From Candidatus Aenigmatarchaeota archaeon (lineage in GTDB: Archaea; Aenigmatarchaeota; Aenigmatarchaeia; QMZP01; QMZT01), in NCBI GenBank assembly GCA_963726265.1, contig CAVSBQ010000002.1, forward strand, positions 959,334-1,023,333: a DNA stretch of 64,000 nucleotides, written 5' to 3'. Position numbers and translations under genes: made by a program. The notes below the pieces were generated by a model. That model saw only the letters and a list, made by a program, of their open reading frames with translations. It made no database searches and had not been told where the DNA came from. Positions within the stretch are counted from its first letter, which is position 1. The number at the start of each line of letters is the position of its first letter. This document shows positions 26,093 to 35,866 of the stretch, in pieces.

Positions 26093-28318
26093 ATGAGCCA
26101 TGACGCGGGCCATGAAACGAATCCTGCGGTAAAGCAGGTTCTCGAGAAGTCAGGCATCGCCCAGCTCAATCCAGTCCAGGAGGCCGCGCTGAAGGCTGGC
26201 CTTCTCGACGGGAAGAACATGGTTCTCGCCGCTCCCACCGCGAGCGGCAAGACGCTCGTCGCGGAATTCGCTGCGCTGAACACGATAAATAAGGGCATGA
26301 AGGTCGTCTACATCGTCCCGTTACGAGCTCTAGCGAGTGAGAAGTATCACGAGTTCAAGGAGAAGTACGAAGCGCTCGGCATAAAGATCGCGCTGAGCAT
26401 GGGCGACTTGGATTCGAGCGACCCGTGGCTCTCGAGGTCAGACATCATCATCGTCACTTCTGAGAAATTCGACTCGCTGCTGCGACACGGGATTCCGTGG
26501 GTCGGCCAGATAGGGCTGGTGGTCATCGACGAAATCCACCTGCTCAACGACCCTGGCCGAGGCCCGACGCTCGAAGTCACCATCACAAAACTCCGCCAGC
26601 TCGCGAAGCCGCAGCTGCTCGCTCTTTCAGCGACGATAAAGAATTACAGGCAGATAGCCGAGTGGCTCGATGCCGAACCGGTTTATTCGGAGTACAGGCC
26701 GATAAAACTCTACAGGGGCGTGTGCTTCAATCGCAGCATCCACTACCAGCCGAAGAAGGCTGCGAAGGAGATTGGCGACGAGCATCCGCCGGATTTCGAA
26801 ATCGCCCGCGATACGCTGAAGATGAACAAGCAGGCGCTCATTTTCGTTTCGACGCGCAGCAGCACGGAGTCGCTTTCAGGCAACCTGGGAAAAGTCATAG
26901 GCCCGCAGATCGGAGCGGAGGACAGGGAAAAGCTGAAGCGCATCTCGCAAAAGGTTCTGGGCGCGGTCGAGCGCCCGACTCTGCAGTGTGAAAAGCTTTC
27001 CAATCAGGTGCTGAACGGCGTCGCGTTCCATCATGCAGGCCTTGCCAATGAGCAGAGGAAGGCGATAGAGGACGGCTTCAAGGAAGGCGCGATAAAGTTC
27101 ATAACATGCACGCCGACCTTGGCGTGGGGAATAAATATGCCTGCATACCGCGTCATCATCCGCGATTTGAAACGCTTCTCTTCTGGATACGGAAGCGATT
27201 ACATACCAGTTCTCGACGTGCAACAAATGATGGGAAGGGCAGGCCGCCCGAAATATGATCAGGAAGGGGAAGCGATACTCATTGCGAAAAGCGAGGGTGA
27301 GGCCGAGTATGTTTACGACAACTACATCAACGGCGAGCCAGAGGAAATCCAATCGAAGCTCGGCGTCGAACCCGTTCTCCGCATGCACTCGCTCGCGCTG
27401 ATTGCGGGCGGCATGGCCTTTTCGAAACAGCGGCTTTTCGACTTCTTCTCCAGGACGTTCTACGCGCACCAGTACGGCGACGTCTCGCAGCTGGAAGGTA
27501 AGCTCGAAAAAGTGATAGTGATGCTCAGGGACTTCAGCTTCGTCAGGAAAGACAAAGTAAATTCCGAGACGAAGGACAATCCTTTCCGCTCCGCGCTCGA
27601 GATGGCGAAGGGCAGCAGCAGCGAAAAGCTGGAGGCGACGCCGCTTGGCAAGCGCGTTTCCGAGCTTTATATCGACCCGCTCACAGCGGATTTCCTGATC
27701 AAAAACCTGGCCAAGGCCAAGGACTTCATCCACCCGTTCGGTCTGCTCCAGCTCATTGCGAGGACGGTCGAGATGCGACCCGCGCTCTCGCTGCGCAGAA
27801 AGGATTTCGAGAGCATAAACGAGGTCATCGCGGGCAACGAGAACTTTCTTCTGGAAAAGCCGCCTAATCCGTGGGACATCGAATACGACGATTACCTGCG
27901 CTCGATAAAGACTGCATGGTTCTTCTCGGAATGGATGGACGAGCTGGGCGAGGACATGATTCTCGAAAAATTCGGGGTCGCGCCCGGCGAGCTGCATGTC
28001 CGCCTCGCGAACGCAGACTGGCTCATCTATGCGAGCCACGAGCTCGCGCTGCTGACCGAAAGGAAGGAGCTGCTCAAACACATAAGGAAAGCGCGCATAC
28101 GCGTGAAATACGGGATACGCGAGGAGTTGCTGCCGCTGGTCATGCTGAAGGGCATAGGACGCGCGAGGGCGCGCGCGCTTTTCGGCTCGAACCTGCGCTC
28201 GCTGGCCGATTTGAGGAAAGTCCCGCTGGAAAGCCTATCCAGGATAATCGGGCCGAAGGTCGCGAAAGACGTCAAAGAGCAGCTGAATCAGATGAAAGAC
28301 GAGCAGAAAATTCTGTGA
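26093..28318 (+). CDS. hel308: Hel308/Ski2-like ATP-dependent DNA helicase
   Basis: 741 aa. Walker A APTASGKT, DEIH box, motif VI QMMGRAGRP, and a C-terminal HhH-like LKGIGRARARAL. Confidence 0.85.
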   Translation: MSHDAGHETNPAVKQVLEKSGIAQLNPVQEAALKAGLLDGKNMVLAAPTASGKTLVAEFAALNTINKGMKVVYIVPLRALASEKYHEFKEKYEALGIKIALSMGDLDSSDPWLSRSDIIIVTSEKFDSLLRHGIPWVGQIGLVVIDEIHLLNDPGRGPTLEVTITKLRQLAKPQLLALSATIKNYRQIAEWLDAEPVYSEYRPIKLYRGVCFNRSIHYQPKKAAKEIGDEHPPDFEIARDTLKMNKQALIFVSTRSSTESLSGNLGKVIGPQIGAEDREKLKRISQKVLGAVERPTLQCEKLSNQVLNGVAFHHAGLANEQRKAIEDGFKEGAIKFITCTPTLAWGINMPAYRVIIRDLKRFSSGYGSDYIPVLDVQQMMGRAGRPKYDQEGEAILIAKSEGEAEYVYDNYINGEPEEIQSKLGVEPVLRMHSLALIAGGMAFSKQRLFDFFSRTFYAHQYGDVSQLEGKLEKVIVMLRDFSFVRKDKVNSETKDNPFRSALEMAKGSSSEKLEATPLGKRVSELYIDPLTADFLIKNLAKAKDFIHPFGLLQLIARTVEMRPALSLRRKDFESINEVIAGNENFLLEKPPNPWDIEYDDYLRSIKTAWFFSEWMDELGEDMILEKFGVAPGELHVRLANADWLIYASHELALLTERKELLKHIRKARIRVKYGIREELLPLVMLKGIGRARARALFGSNLRSLADLRKVPLESLSRIIGPKVAKDVKEQLNQMKDEQKIL

Positions 28319-28337
28319 ATTTTTTAACTTTTTAAAA

Positions 28338-29408
28338 TTATTTTCCCTTACCTTTGCCGTAATATATCTTCCTGACGGGGAACGAGATGTCTATCTTTTC
28401 TTTGTCATAGCGTTCTTTCAGTGCCTTTATGAATTCGTGCCTGACGATGAAGCGCTCCCTGATGTTCTTGAGGCGGAGGGACACGGAGAAGTTGATGTTC
28501 GAGTCGGCAAAGGTGTGATAGCGCATGCTCGGCTCGAAGCCTTTGACGGCGCCGGGAACGGTTTCCTGTATCTTCCTCGCGACATCCAGCGTGACTTTCT
28601 CGACTTTCTTCAGGTCCGAGCCGTAACCTACACCGCACTGGACGACGATTTCCGTCTCCTGCTCGGGCAGGGAGTCGTTGACTATCGTGCTGCTGGCCAG
28701 CTTGGCGTTGGGGACGATGACGATCGTGTTGGCGGCGGTCTTTATCCTCGTCGAGCGCCAGCTTATGTCCTCGACCGTGCCCATGATGGCGCCGTTCTCC
28801 AGCTCTATGAAATCGCCCACGCTTATGGGTTTGTCGGTGATTATGTGGAGCCCGGCGAAGAAGTTGGAAAGCGTGTCCTGCAGGGCTAGGCCAACCGCAA
28901 GGCCACCCAGACCGAAAGTCGCGATTATCGGCGTTATCTCAATCTTGAAATAAGCTAGTATTATCATGCCCGCTATCAGGTAGAACACTATTGCGACAAT
29001 CTTGCTTATCAGCTTCGGCGTCTGTTCGTATTTCTTCTGCACGTGCAGCCAGTGGTTAATCAGCACGCTGAAAATCCTCGCGACCAGGAACGCGGCGGTG
29101 AACGTGCACAGCACGAAGAAGCCGTTGTCAACAAAAACTGCGTGCGGGTTTAGCATCGATATTCTCTTGAAGGCGAAGTAAAGACCGACGAAAATTATAA
29201 GTATGGAAAACGGTTTTGTGACGGCCTTCAATAAGAGATCGTCAAAATCGCTCTGCGTTTTCTGGGTCAGTTTCTTTACGTATGTCTTGAGTATGAAATT
29301 CACAATCAGGGCAATAATGACCGACCCTACGAATATCATAAGGGCTATGAAATACTCGCTCTGCATCAGCTCTTCCAGCGTGATTATACCCGTTACCATG
29401 TCAGCCAT
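28338..29408 (-). CDS. mscS: small-conductance mechanosensitive channel (MscS family)
   Basis: 356 aa. TM helices followed by PISVGDFIELENGAIMGTVEDISWRSTRIKTAANTIVIVPN. Confidence 0.8.
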   Translation of the reverse strand: MADMVTGIITLEELMQSEYFIALMIFVGSVIIALIVNFILKTYVKKLTQKTQSDFDDLLLKAVTKPFSILIIFVGLYFAFKRISMLNPHAVFVDNGFFVLCTFTAAFLVARIFSVLINHWLHVQKKYEQTPKLISKIVAIVFYLIAGMIILAYFKIEITPIIATFGLGGLAVGLALQDTLSNFFAGLHIITDKPISVGDFIELENGAIMGTVEDISWRSTRIKTAANTIVIVPNAKLASSTIVNDSLPEQETEIVVQCGVGYGSDLKKVEKVTLDVARKIQETVPGAVKGFEPSMRYHTFADSNINFSVSLRLKNIRERFIVRHEFIKALKERYDKEKIDISFPVRKIYYGKGKGK

Positions 29409-29518
29409 GAAACCGCCATAACTTATGTATGCCGCAGGCAGTATAAAAATTTTATATCCAAAAGATTCGGTGCGTGGCCGGCAGATTTATTAATATAATA
29501 TCATAATATAGGTTCTGT

Positions 29519-30022
29519 GTGATTCCGATGGTCAGGAGCAAAAGGAAAAAAACCGCAAAAGCCGCGGGCAAAAGCAGAAACAACCGCCCCACCTGGGACG
29601 AATACTGGATGAACATCGTCGAGCAGGTGGGCAAGCGCTCGACGTGCATGCGCAGGAACATCGGCGCCGTCATCGTTAAAGACAATATCATAGTTTCCAC
29701 GGGCTTCAACGGCGCGCCAATGGGACTTCCTCATTGCATCGAGATCGGCTGCTTACGGGACGAGCTTAAAATCCCGTCGGGCACGATGCACGAGGTATGC
29801 CGCGGCGTCCATGCCGAGCAGAACGCCATAATCCGCGGCGACCCGCTCAGGATGGACGGAGCGACTTTGTACGTCAACGCGAAGCCGTGCAAGATATGCG
29901 CGAAGATGATCGCCAACTCCGGCATAAAAAAGGTCATCTACGTCGAAATCTATCCCGACGACGAAGGCGTCAAGGTCCTGAAGCAGGCGGGCATAGAAAC
30001 CGTCGTTTACGGGGGCAAGTGA
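29519..30022 (+). CDS. dCMP deaminase (ComEB/CMP-dCMP deaminase family)
   Basis: HAEQNAI and PCKICAKMI zinc motifs. The ATG at 29528 is the more likely start. Confidence 0.8.
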   Translation: MIPMVRSKRKKTAKAAGKSRNNRPTWDEYWMNIVEQVGKRSTCMRRNIGAVIVKDNIIVSTGFNGAPMGLPHCIEIGCLRDELKIPSGTMHEVCRGVHAEQNAIIRGDPLRMDGATLYVNAKPCKICAKMIANSGIKKVIYVEIYPDDEGVKVLKQAGIETVVYGGK

Positions 30023-30062
30023 AAGCCAAAACAATAATAATGCGCAGGCGATATTTATTTCT

Positions 30063-30434
30063 ATGAAAATAGTCAATGCCACGAAAAAAACGACGCTCGC
30101 GGAAGACGTCGAAGTCGCGGCTTCGCCGTGGCAGAAGACGAAGGGGCTCATGCTCAGGGAAAAACTTGAAAAAAATCACGGCCTGCTCATGGACTTCGAA
30201 AGCGAGAGGAAGCCAGGCATCTGGATGCCTTTCATGCGCTTCCCGCTCGACCTGGTCTTCATCTCCGCGGACAAAAGGGTCGTCGATGTCAAGGAAAACG
30301 TGAGGCCGATTTCCCTCGATTTCAAGACGTGGAGAATCTACGTGCCTGCGGAAAAGTGCAGATGGGTCCTGGAGATGAATGCTGGAGACGTAAAAAAGAC
30401 AGGCGCAAAAACAGGCGACATTTTAGCTTTCTGA
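30063..30434 (+). CDS. DUF192 family protein
   Basis: 123 aa with TKGLMLRE...GLLMDF...IWMPFMRFPLDLVFI..DKRVVDV, the typical DUF192 pattern. Confidence 0.6.
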   Translation: MKIVNATKKTTLAEDVEVAASPWQKTKGLMLREKLEKNHGLLMDFESERKPGIWMPFMRFPLDLVFISADKRVVDVKENVRPISLDFKTWRIYVPAEKCRWVLEMNAGDVKKTGAKTGDILAF

Positions 30435-30437
30435 TTT

Positions 30438-32963
30438 TTAATTATTTTCTTCTTTAATTGCCTGCAGCTTTTCCATTCTTTCCAGGCCGTTCTCCCCGGG
30501 CAGCTTTATGCCTATGACTTTCGACTCTCCGTCCTCCATCGATACGCCGTACACGATGTCCGCCGCCTTGACCATGTCGTTGTTGTGGGTGATGATTATG
30601 AACTGCACGCCCTTCGATTGCTTTCTTATCATGTCTATCACGCGCTTCGTGTTCGGCTTGTCCAGCGGCGCGTCGACCTCGTCGAGCACGTAGAACGGCG
30701 ATGGCTTGAACTTCTGTATCGTGAATAGGAACGCCAGCGCCGTCAGCGCCTTCTCGCCGCCCGACATCGAGTCTATGTAGAGCAGCTTCTTGCCTGGCGG
30801 CTGCGCGGAAATCATGAGGCCCGAGTTTATGTCATTCGGAGCTTCCAGCCCCAGGTCCGCCTCGCCGCTCGTCAGCTCCCTGTAGATTTCCTTGAACAGC
30901 CTCGACATCTCGCTCATGGTCGTGGAGAAGACCTCGCGCTTCCTGTCCTCTATCTCGTTCAGCGTCTTCATTATGCTCTCCTTCTCCCTGACGATCTGGT
31001 CGACCCTTTCCCTGAACTCCTCGAACTCTTCGAACAGCACGGCGAACTCGTCTATCGCCTTCATGTTCACCGGGCCGAGCAGGCCGATTTTCGAGAGTAT
31101 TTCCTTCTCCATATCCTTCAGAACTTGCAGCCCGCGCTTCTGGTACGCTTCTTTCTCCTCCGAAGGAAGGGCATCCCATCTCTTCTTCCCCTCATCCCAT
31201 TGCGCGTTCAGGTTGTCGAAGTTCGCCTCGTATCTCGCGCGGTTAATCCTCAGGCGGTTGAGCTCCTCCTGCATGTTCGCCTTCCTGTCATACGTTTCCC
31301 TTCGTTTCTCGCTCAGCCTGCTGATGTCCTCCTTTATCTTCGCAAGCCTGGCTTCGTAATCGAAGCCCTTCGCTCCTTTCGCGCTCCTGTTCAACTCTGC
31401 CAGCTTCTTCTCGAACTCCTCAAGCTCGAGCTTGAGCACGCGGCTCTCTTCCCCGAGCCTCTTTATCTCGTCGGCGTATTTCCTAATCTCCGGTTCGGAA
31501 GACGTCTTCTTCATGTAGTAGCCGCCGAATACCGCGCCGGAAGTCTCGAAGAGGTCGCCGTCCAGCGTGACCATGCGAACACGATCTTTTCCCGCGATCT
31601 GCTTCGCCCTGTCGATGTCGTTGACGCACGCCGTCCTGCCGAACACGAAGTCGACGACGGGCGTGAATTCCCTTTCGTGGTGGACCAGGTCGGACATCCA
31701 GCCCAACGTCCCGTTCGGAAGCGACGTTTTCGCAGGTGAGCGAATCCTGTCGAGCGGCAGGAAACGCGCTCGTCCAATCCTCTTCTCCTTGAGGTATTTC
31801 ACGCAATGAATCGCGGTGTTGAGGCTGTCGACGACTATGTCGTTCATGTGCGTGCCGCCCGCGATGTCGGCTGCGACCTTGTACTGGTCCGGCACGACCA
31901 CGAGATCCCTGAAGAAGCCGCGCACCCCGCCCATCTGCAGGACCGGTTTCAAGTCGGATGACACGTCCCTGCCGAGCGTCCTGAGCCTGCTTATCATGTC
32001 GTTCAGGCGCGCTATTTCCCGCTCGTTCGAGTCGATGAGGTTCTCCTTGCTTTCCAGCGAAGTCTCGAGCTTCGAAATTTTCTTCGTCGTCTCGATTTCG
32101 CTTTTGCTCATAACTTCCTTCATGAGGCCTTCCATCTCCCCGTCCCTGGCGGCCATCTCCTTGTCCAGCCTTCCAAGTTCGCCGTCGAGCCGCACGAGTT
32201 CCTTCTCCTTTTCCTGTATCTCGCCGCCGATGCTCCCCATGTTCTTCTCGGCCGAGGAGAATTCCTTGAAAATTATGGTCGCCTTCGCGAACTCGAGCTC
32301 CGTCTGCAGCTTGCGATATTCGAGCGCGGCGTCCCTCTCGCCCTTCAGCTTGTCGACAATCTGCTCCTTCTGCTGGAGGATTATCTCGGCCTCGCTCACC
32401 TTCTGCTGCACCTTCTCCAGTTCCTTGAGCGCCTTCTCGCGCTTCTCGTCGTATTCGGTTATGCCGGAAATCTCGTCTATTATGCCCCTGCGTTCGAGCG
32501 GGTTCATGTCTATGACGCGGGAGACGTCGCCCTGCTTGATTATGTTGTGGCCGCCCGGATTCAGTCTCGCTTGTGCAAAAATGTCGAGAATCTGCTGGCG
32601 CGTCGATATCCTGCCGTTCATGCGGTAAGAAGAAACGCCTTCCTTGTTGAGCGTTCTAGCGACTGTCACGGTGCTCTCGTCGACCGGGAGCATCTTCTTC
32701 TCGTTCGAAAAGAACAGGTTAATCTTGGCGAAGTCCGCCGCAGGCTTGCTCTTGCTGCCGTGGAAGATGAGGTCCTGCGCCTTCTTCGCGCGCAGGTGTC
32801 TCGAAGACGTGCGGCCGAGGACGAAGGCTATTGCGTCTCCGCAATTCGATTTGCCGCAGCCGTTCGGGCCCGTGACCACGACGAAGTTCGACGGGAACGA
32901 TATGGTGATGGGCCGCTTGAACGACTTGAAGCCCTGGAGCGATACCTTTTCCAGCCTTATCAT
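30438..32963 (-). CDS. smc: SMC chromosome-condensation ATPase with unusually short coiled-coil arms (841 aa)
   Basis: Walker A GPNGCGKSN. Hinge-like VRGFFRDLVVVPDQYKVAADIAGG...LDGDLFETSGAVFGG. Signature LSGGEKALTALAFLF. Walker B FYVLDEVDAPLD. Confidence 0.8.
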   Translation of the reverse strand: MIRLEKVSLQGFKSFKRPITISFPSNFVVVTGPNGCGKSNCGDAIAFVLGRTSSRHLRAKKAQDLIFHGSKSKPAADFAKINLFFSNEKKMLPVDESTVTVARTLNKEGVSSYRMNGRISTRQQILDIFAQARLNPGGHNIIKQGDVSRVIDMNPLERRGIIDEISGITEYDEKREKALKELEKVQQKVSEAEIILQQKEQIVDKLKGERDAALEYRKLQTELEFAKATIIFKEFSSAEKNMGSIGGEIQEKEKELVRLDGELGRLDKEMAARDGEMEGLMKEVMSKSEIETTKKISKLETSLESKENLIDSNEREIARLNDMISRLRTLGRDVSSDLKPVLQMGGVRGFFRDLVVVPDQYKVAADIAGGTHMNDIVVDSLNTAIHCVKYLKEKRIGRARFLPLDRIRSPAKTSLPNGTLGWMSDLVHHEREFTPVVDFVFGRTACVNDIDRAKQIAGKDRVRMVTLDGDLFETSGAVFGGYYMKKTSSEPEIRKYADEIKRLGEESRVLKLELEEFEKKLAELNRSAKGAKGFDYEARLAKIKEDISRLSEKRRETYDRKANMQEELNRLRINRARYEANFDNLNAQWDEGKKRWDALPSEEKEAYQKRGLQVLKDMEKEILSKIGLLGPVNMKAIDEFAVLFEEFEEFRERVDQIVREKESIMKTLNEIEDRKREVFSTTMSEMSRLFKEIYRELTSGEADLGLEAPNDINSGLMISAQPPGKKLLYIDSMSGGEKALTALAFLFTIQKFKPSPFYVLDEVDAPLDKPNTKRVIDMIRKQSKGVQFIIITHNNDMVKAADIVYGVSMEDGESKVIGIKLPGENGLERMEKLQAIKEENN

Positions 32964-33017
32964 AAAATGACCAACCGCAACCTCTTTTATACCAATATAT
33001 TATATACACATGCGAAC

Positions 33018-33329
33018 TTATTTATTTCTGCGTCGCGAGCCGCGCGGAACAGGACCCGCCACCAAATTAAGAATGTAACATTCCATTTTCGCAAGCACAG
33101 GCAGCCTTCTGCTTTTTTCCCAGTCAGGTATAACCTGCTTGTCTTCCATGCGGTTCAAGTGCCATTTGTATTCAAACTGGTATTTGTCAGTGATGTCTGC
33201 CTTTTGCGGCGGCTCATTCAGATAACCCATGTTGTTTGTTACCACGGCCTCGATGATTTGTTGAATTGGCCGGTAACACCAGATGGTGCCCTTGATGTCA
33301 TCAAGATTATATTTATTTCTATAACCCAT
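33018..33329 (-). CDS. hypothetical protein
   Basis: 103 aa ORF in a lower-GC spacer between smc and the PIN gene. Confidence 0.3.
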   Translation of the reverse strand: MGYRNKYNLDDIKGTIWCYRPIQQIIEAVVTNNMGYLNEPPQKADITDKYQFEYKWHLNRMEDKQVIPDWEKSRRLPVLAKMECYILNLVAGPVPRGSRRRNK

Positions 33330-33380
33330 GATATCTATGAAAATCTAAAGTTTTTTATTTACACATGTCAACATCTCGTC

Positions 33381-33770
33381 ATGAAAGCCCTTCTCGACAC
33401 GAATTTCCTCATGATACCCGGCGAATTCAAGGTCGACATCTTCTCCGAGCTGCTCTCGCTCGGCTACAGCGAGGTATACACGCTCGACCTCATCGTGAAG
33501 GAGCTGGAGAAATTCTCTACCAAGGGCGGCAGGGTTTCGAAGGCCGCGCGCATCGCGCTGCAACTGGTAAAAAACTGCGGCGTCGTCGTGCTCGAGACGA
33601 AAGGTGATATCGCGCAGGTCGACCTGGAGCTGTTCACGCTCGCGAGAAATAAAGGCTACGTCATCTGCACGCAGGACAGGGAGCTGCTGCAAAAGGCGAG
33701 GAACGCGGGCATGCGCTTCATCACGCTGCGCCAGAAGAAGTATCTGGTCGAGGCCGGCGGGGATTTCTAG
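33381..33770 (+). CDS. PIN-domain nuclease, Fcf1/COG1412-like
   Basis: MKALLDTNFLMIP...VCTQDRELLQKARNAGMRFITLR. The ORF-track entry 32547..33770 extends far upstream antisense to smc; the ATG at 33381 is the credible start. Confidence 0.6.
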   Translation: MKALLDTNFLMIPGEFKVDIFSELLSLGYSEVYTLDLIVKELEKFSTKGGRVSKAARIALQLVKNCGVVVLETKGDIAQVDLELFTLARNKGYVICTQDRELLQKARNAGMRFITLRQKKYLVEAGGDF

Positions 33771-33805
33771 CTGGTTTTTTTAGGCGCTAAACCAATTCAG
33801 ATTCT

Positions 33806-34459
33806 ATGAGGTACAAGCTCGTTGCCTTCGACCTCGACGGGACGCTCGCCGACGGCACGGATTCGGTCTGGGCGACGCTCCACGAATTCTTCGGCATCAA
33901 GAATCATCCGAGGCGACTGGAGCTCCGCAAGAAGTTCTGGGCGGGCAAAATAGATTACACGACATGGGCCGTCGAGGACCTGAAGCTGCTGAAAGAGCAC
34001 GGAGCAAACAAAAAAACCGTCATGCAGGCCATCGCGCCCTTCCGCCTCATGAAAGGCGCGCGCGAGACGCTGGAACGGCTGAAAAAAGATGGATACAAAC
34101 TCGCTATCGTTTCCGGCAGCTTCCAGATAGTCCTCGAAAAGGTGATGCCGGACTACAAACGTTTTTTCGATTACGTTTACATAAGCCGCATTTTCTTCAG
34201 CAGGAACGGCGGCATAAGAGAGATAGAAGCGAAGCACGACTTCAAGAACAAGAGCAAGTCGCTGCTCGAGATATGCAGAAAAGAAAAGATAAAACCAGAG
34301 GATTGTGTCTTTGTCGGTGACCACGACAACGACGTGGACATCGCGAAAATCGCCGGCTTCTCCATCGCCTTCAACTCGAAGTCAGAAAAGCTGAACGCAG
34401 TCTGCGACGCCGTGATAAGGAAGAAGGACCTGCGCGAAATCCTGAAATACGCTGTCTAG
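33806..34459 (+). CDS. HAD-superfamily hydrolase, phosphoserine-phosphatase-like (SerB subfamily IB)
   Basis: FDLDGTLADG (motif I), VSGSF (motif II), GDHDNDVDIAKIAGFSIAFNS (motif III/IV). Confidence 0.7.
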   Translation: MRYKLVAFDLDGTLADGTDSVWATLHEFFGIKNHPRRLELRKKFWAGKIDYTTWAVEDLKLLKEHGANKKTVMQAIAPFRLMKGARETLERLKKDGYKLAIVSGSFQIVLEKVMPDYKRFFDYVYISRIFFSRNGGIREIEAKHDFKNKSKSLLEICRKEKIKPEDCVFVGDHDNDVDIAKIAGFSIAFNSKSEKLNAVCDAVIRKKDLREILKYAV

Positions 34460-34465
34460 TTTTTG

Positions 34466-35713
34466 CTACATCCACAGGAACTGTAGCAGGACGTGCGCGA
34501 CCAGCACGGCTATGACGGAGAAGGGAAGGCTTATTTTCATGTAATCCTTGAGCTTTATCTTGTAGCCGCGCTTTTCGAGCATGCCGCAGGCGAAGACGTT
34601 CGCCGTCGCCCCGACCGGCGTGATGTTGCCTCCAATGCCCGTGCCTATGAGCATGCCGAAAATTAACGGGAACGGGTTGACGCCCATGACTGCCGCGATC
34701 TGGTTGCAGACGGGTATCATCAGGACGGTGAATGGGACGTTGTCTATGAACGACGAAGCCGCCACAGATAACCAGATTATTATCGCCAGCATGACGGACG
34801 CGTTGGTTATACCGAGGCCGCCTATGCCGTTCACGAAGTCGGAAAGCAGGCCTGTGATTTCCAGCGACCCGATTACGACGAAAATGCCGGTTATGAAGAA
34901 GAACGAGTTCCAGTCGAATTCCTTCATCATCTTTTTGGCTTTCCTACCGCCGACGAGAAGGGCGACGATTCCCACGATAACCCCGACGACGCCCGGCGTT
35001 ACGCCAGCGTAAGAGCTCGCCGCCAGCGCAATGACGCCCGCCACGAAAACGACCGAAGGCACGTAGTCGACCTTTATCTTCTCGCGGGCAATTTTCACAG
35101 GCTTGTTCATCTTTCTGAACGTGTAAAGCAGGCTTAGCAGCGCGGCGACGACGCCGAAAAACGTTATGACACCCAGGCCCAGCCTTCCCTGGAACCAGTA
35201 GAAATCGAAGAACTTCATGCCCGTCGATATGGCCATCACCAGCGCTGGCGGATCGGCGATCATGGTTATGGTGGTCACGACGTTCGAGCTTATCGCGATC
35301 GCGATCAAGTAGGGGAAGAGACTGGACTTCAGCTTCCTCGCCATCTCTATCGCGATGGGCGCCATCATGAGGACCGTCCCGACGTTCTCCATGAAGGACG
35401 AGATGAGGGCGGTTATGGCGCACAGCGCAAGCAGGGCGTATTTCTCCTTTTTGACATTGTTCACTACCTTGTCGGCTATTAATGTCGGCATCCGACTCTC
35501 CATGAAGATCATCGAGACCATCATGAAACCCCAGTAGATGCCGAGGACGTCCCATTTTATCAGGCTGAAGAAAGCGATTTGCGGCGCGGCGATGCCCAGG
35601 AGGACGATGAGGCCGGCGGAAGCGAGGGAGATGTAGGCCAGCTTGACCTTCCTCGATATCGCGAGCGAATAGCAGGCTATGAATATCGCGAGAACGATTA
35701 TTTTCTCGATCAT
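34466..35713 (-). CDS. ArsB/NhaD-superfamily permease (anion/cation transporter)
   Basis: 415 aa, about 10-12 hydrophobic helices, with a two-repeat architecture typical of the IT superfamily. Substrate unknown. Confidence 0.55.
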   Translation of the reverse strand: MIEKIIVLAIFIACYSLAISRKVKLAYISLASAGLIVLLGIAAPQIAFFSLIKWDVLGIYWGFMMVSMIFMESRMPTLIADKVVNNVKKEKYALLALCAITALISSFMENVGTVLMMAPIAIEMARKLKSSLFPYLIAIAISSNVVTTITMIADPPALVMAISTGMKFFDFYWFQGRLGLGVITFFGVVAALLSLLYTFRKMNKPVKIAREKIKVDYVPSVVFVAGVIALAASSYAGVTPGVVGVIVGIVALLVGGRKAKKMMKEFDWNSFFFITGIFVVIGSLEITGLLSDFVNGIGGLGITNASVMLAIIIWLSVAASSFIDNVPFTVLMIPVCNQIAAVMGVNPFPLIFGMLIGTGIGGNITPVGATANVFACGMLEKRGYKIKLKDYMKISLPFSVIAVLVAHVLLQFLWM

Positions 35714-35866
35714 AAATAATTAATATTAAACGGGATTCCGCTTATATATGAAACGACATGGAATGTCTATCTTATAAGTCACCGATGCGAAAAGTTTAAA
35801 AACAATGGCGTGAAGATAATAAGAAAAATAAAATTTCGCATAAAATTTTGACAGGGAGGGGTTCGG

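Noticed and set aside
26876-28081. Long antisense ORFs opposite well-supported genes. Examples: 26876..28081 (401 aa) opposite hel308, 22134..23216 opposite apgM, 13740..14777 and 13742..14524 opposite the FlaJ-like gene, 36806..37870 opposite hppA, and 5452..6360 opposite htpX.
   Set aside because: Their translations are Arg/Ala/Gly/His-rich low-complexity strings with no motifs. The sense-strand genes carry clear family signatures. Stop-poor antisense frames are expected in GC-rich coding DNA.
32547-33380. The upstream 278 codons of track ORF 32547..33770.
   Set aside because: This part is antisense to smc and reads as nonsense. Only the last 129 codons, from the ATG at 33381, form a recognisable PIN domain.
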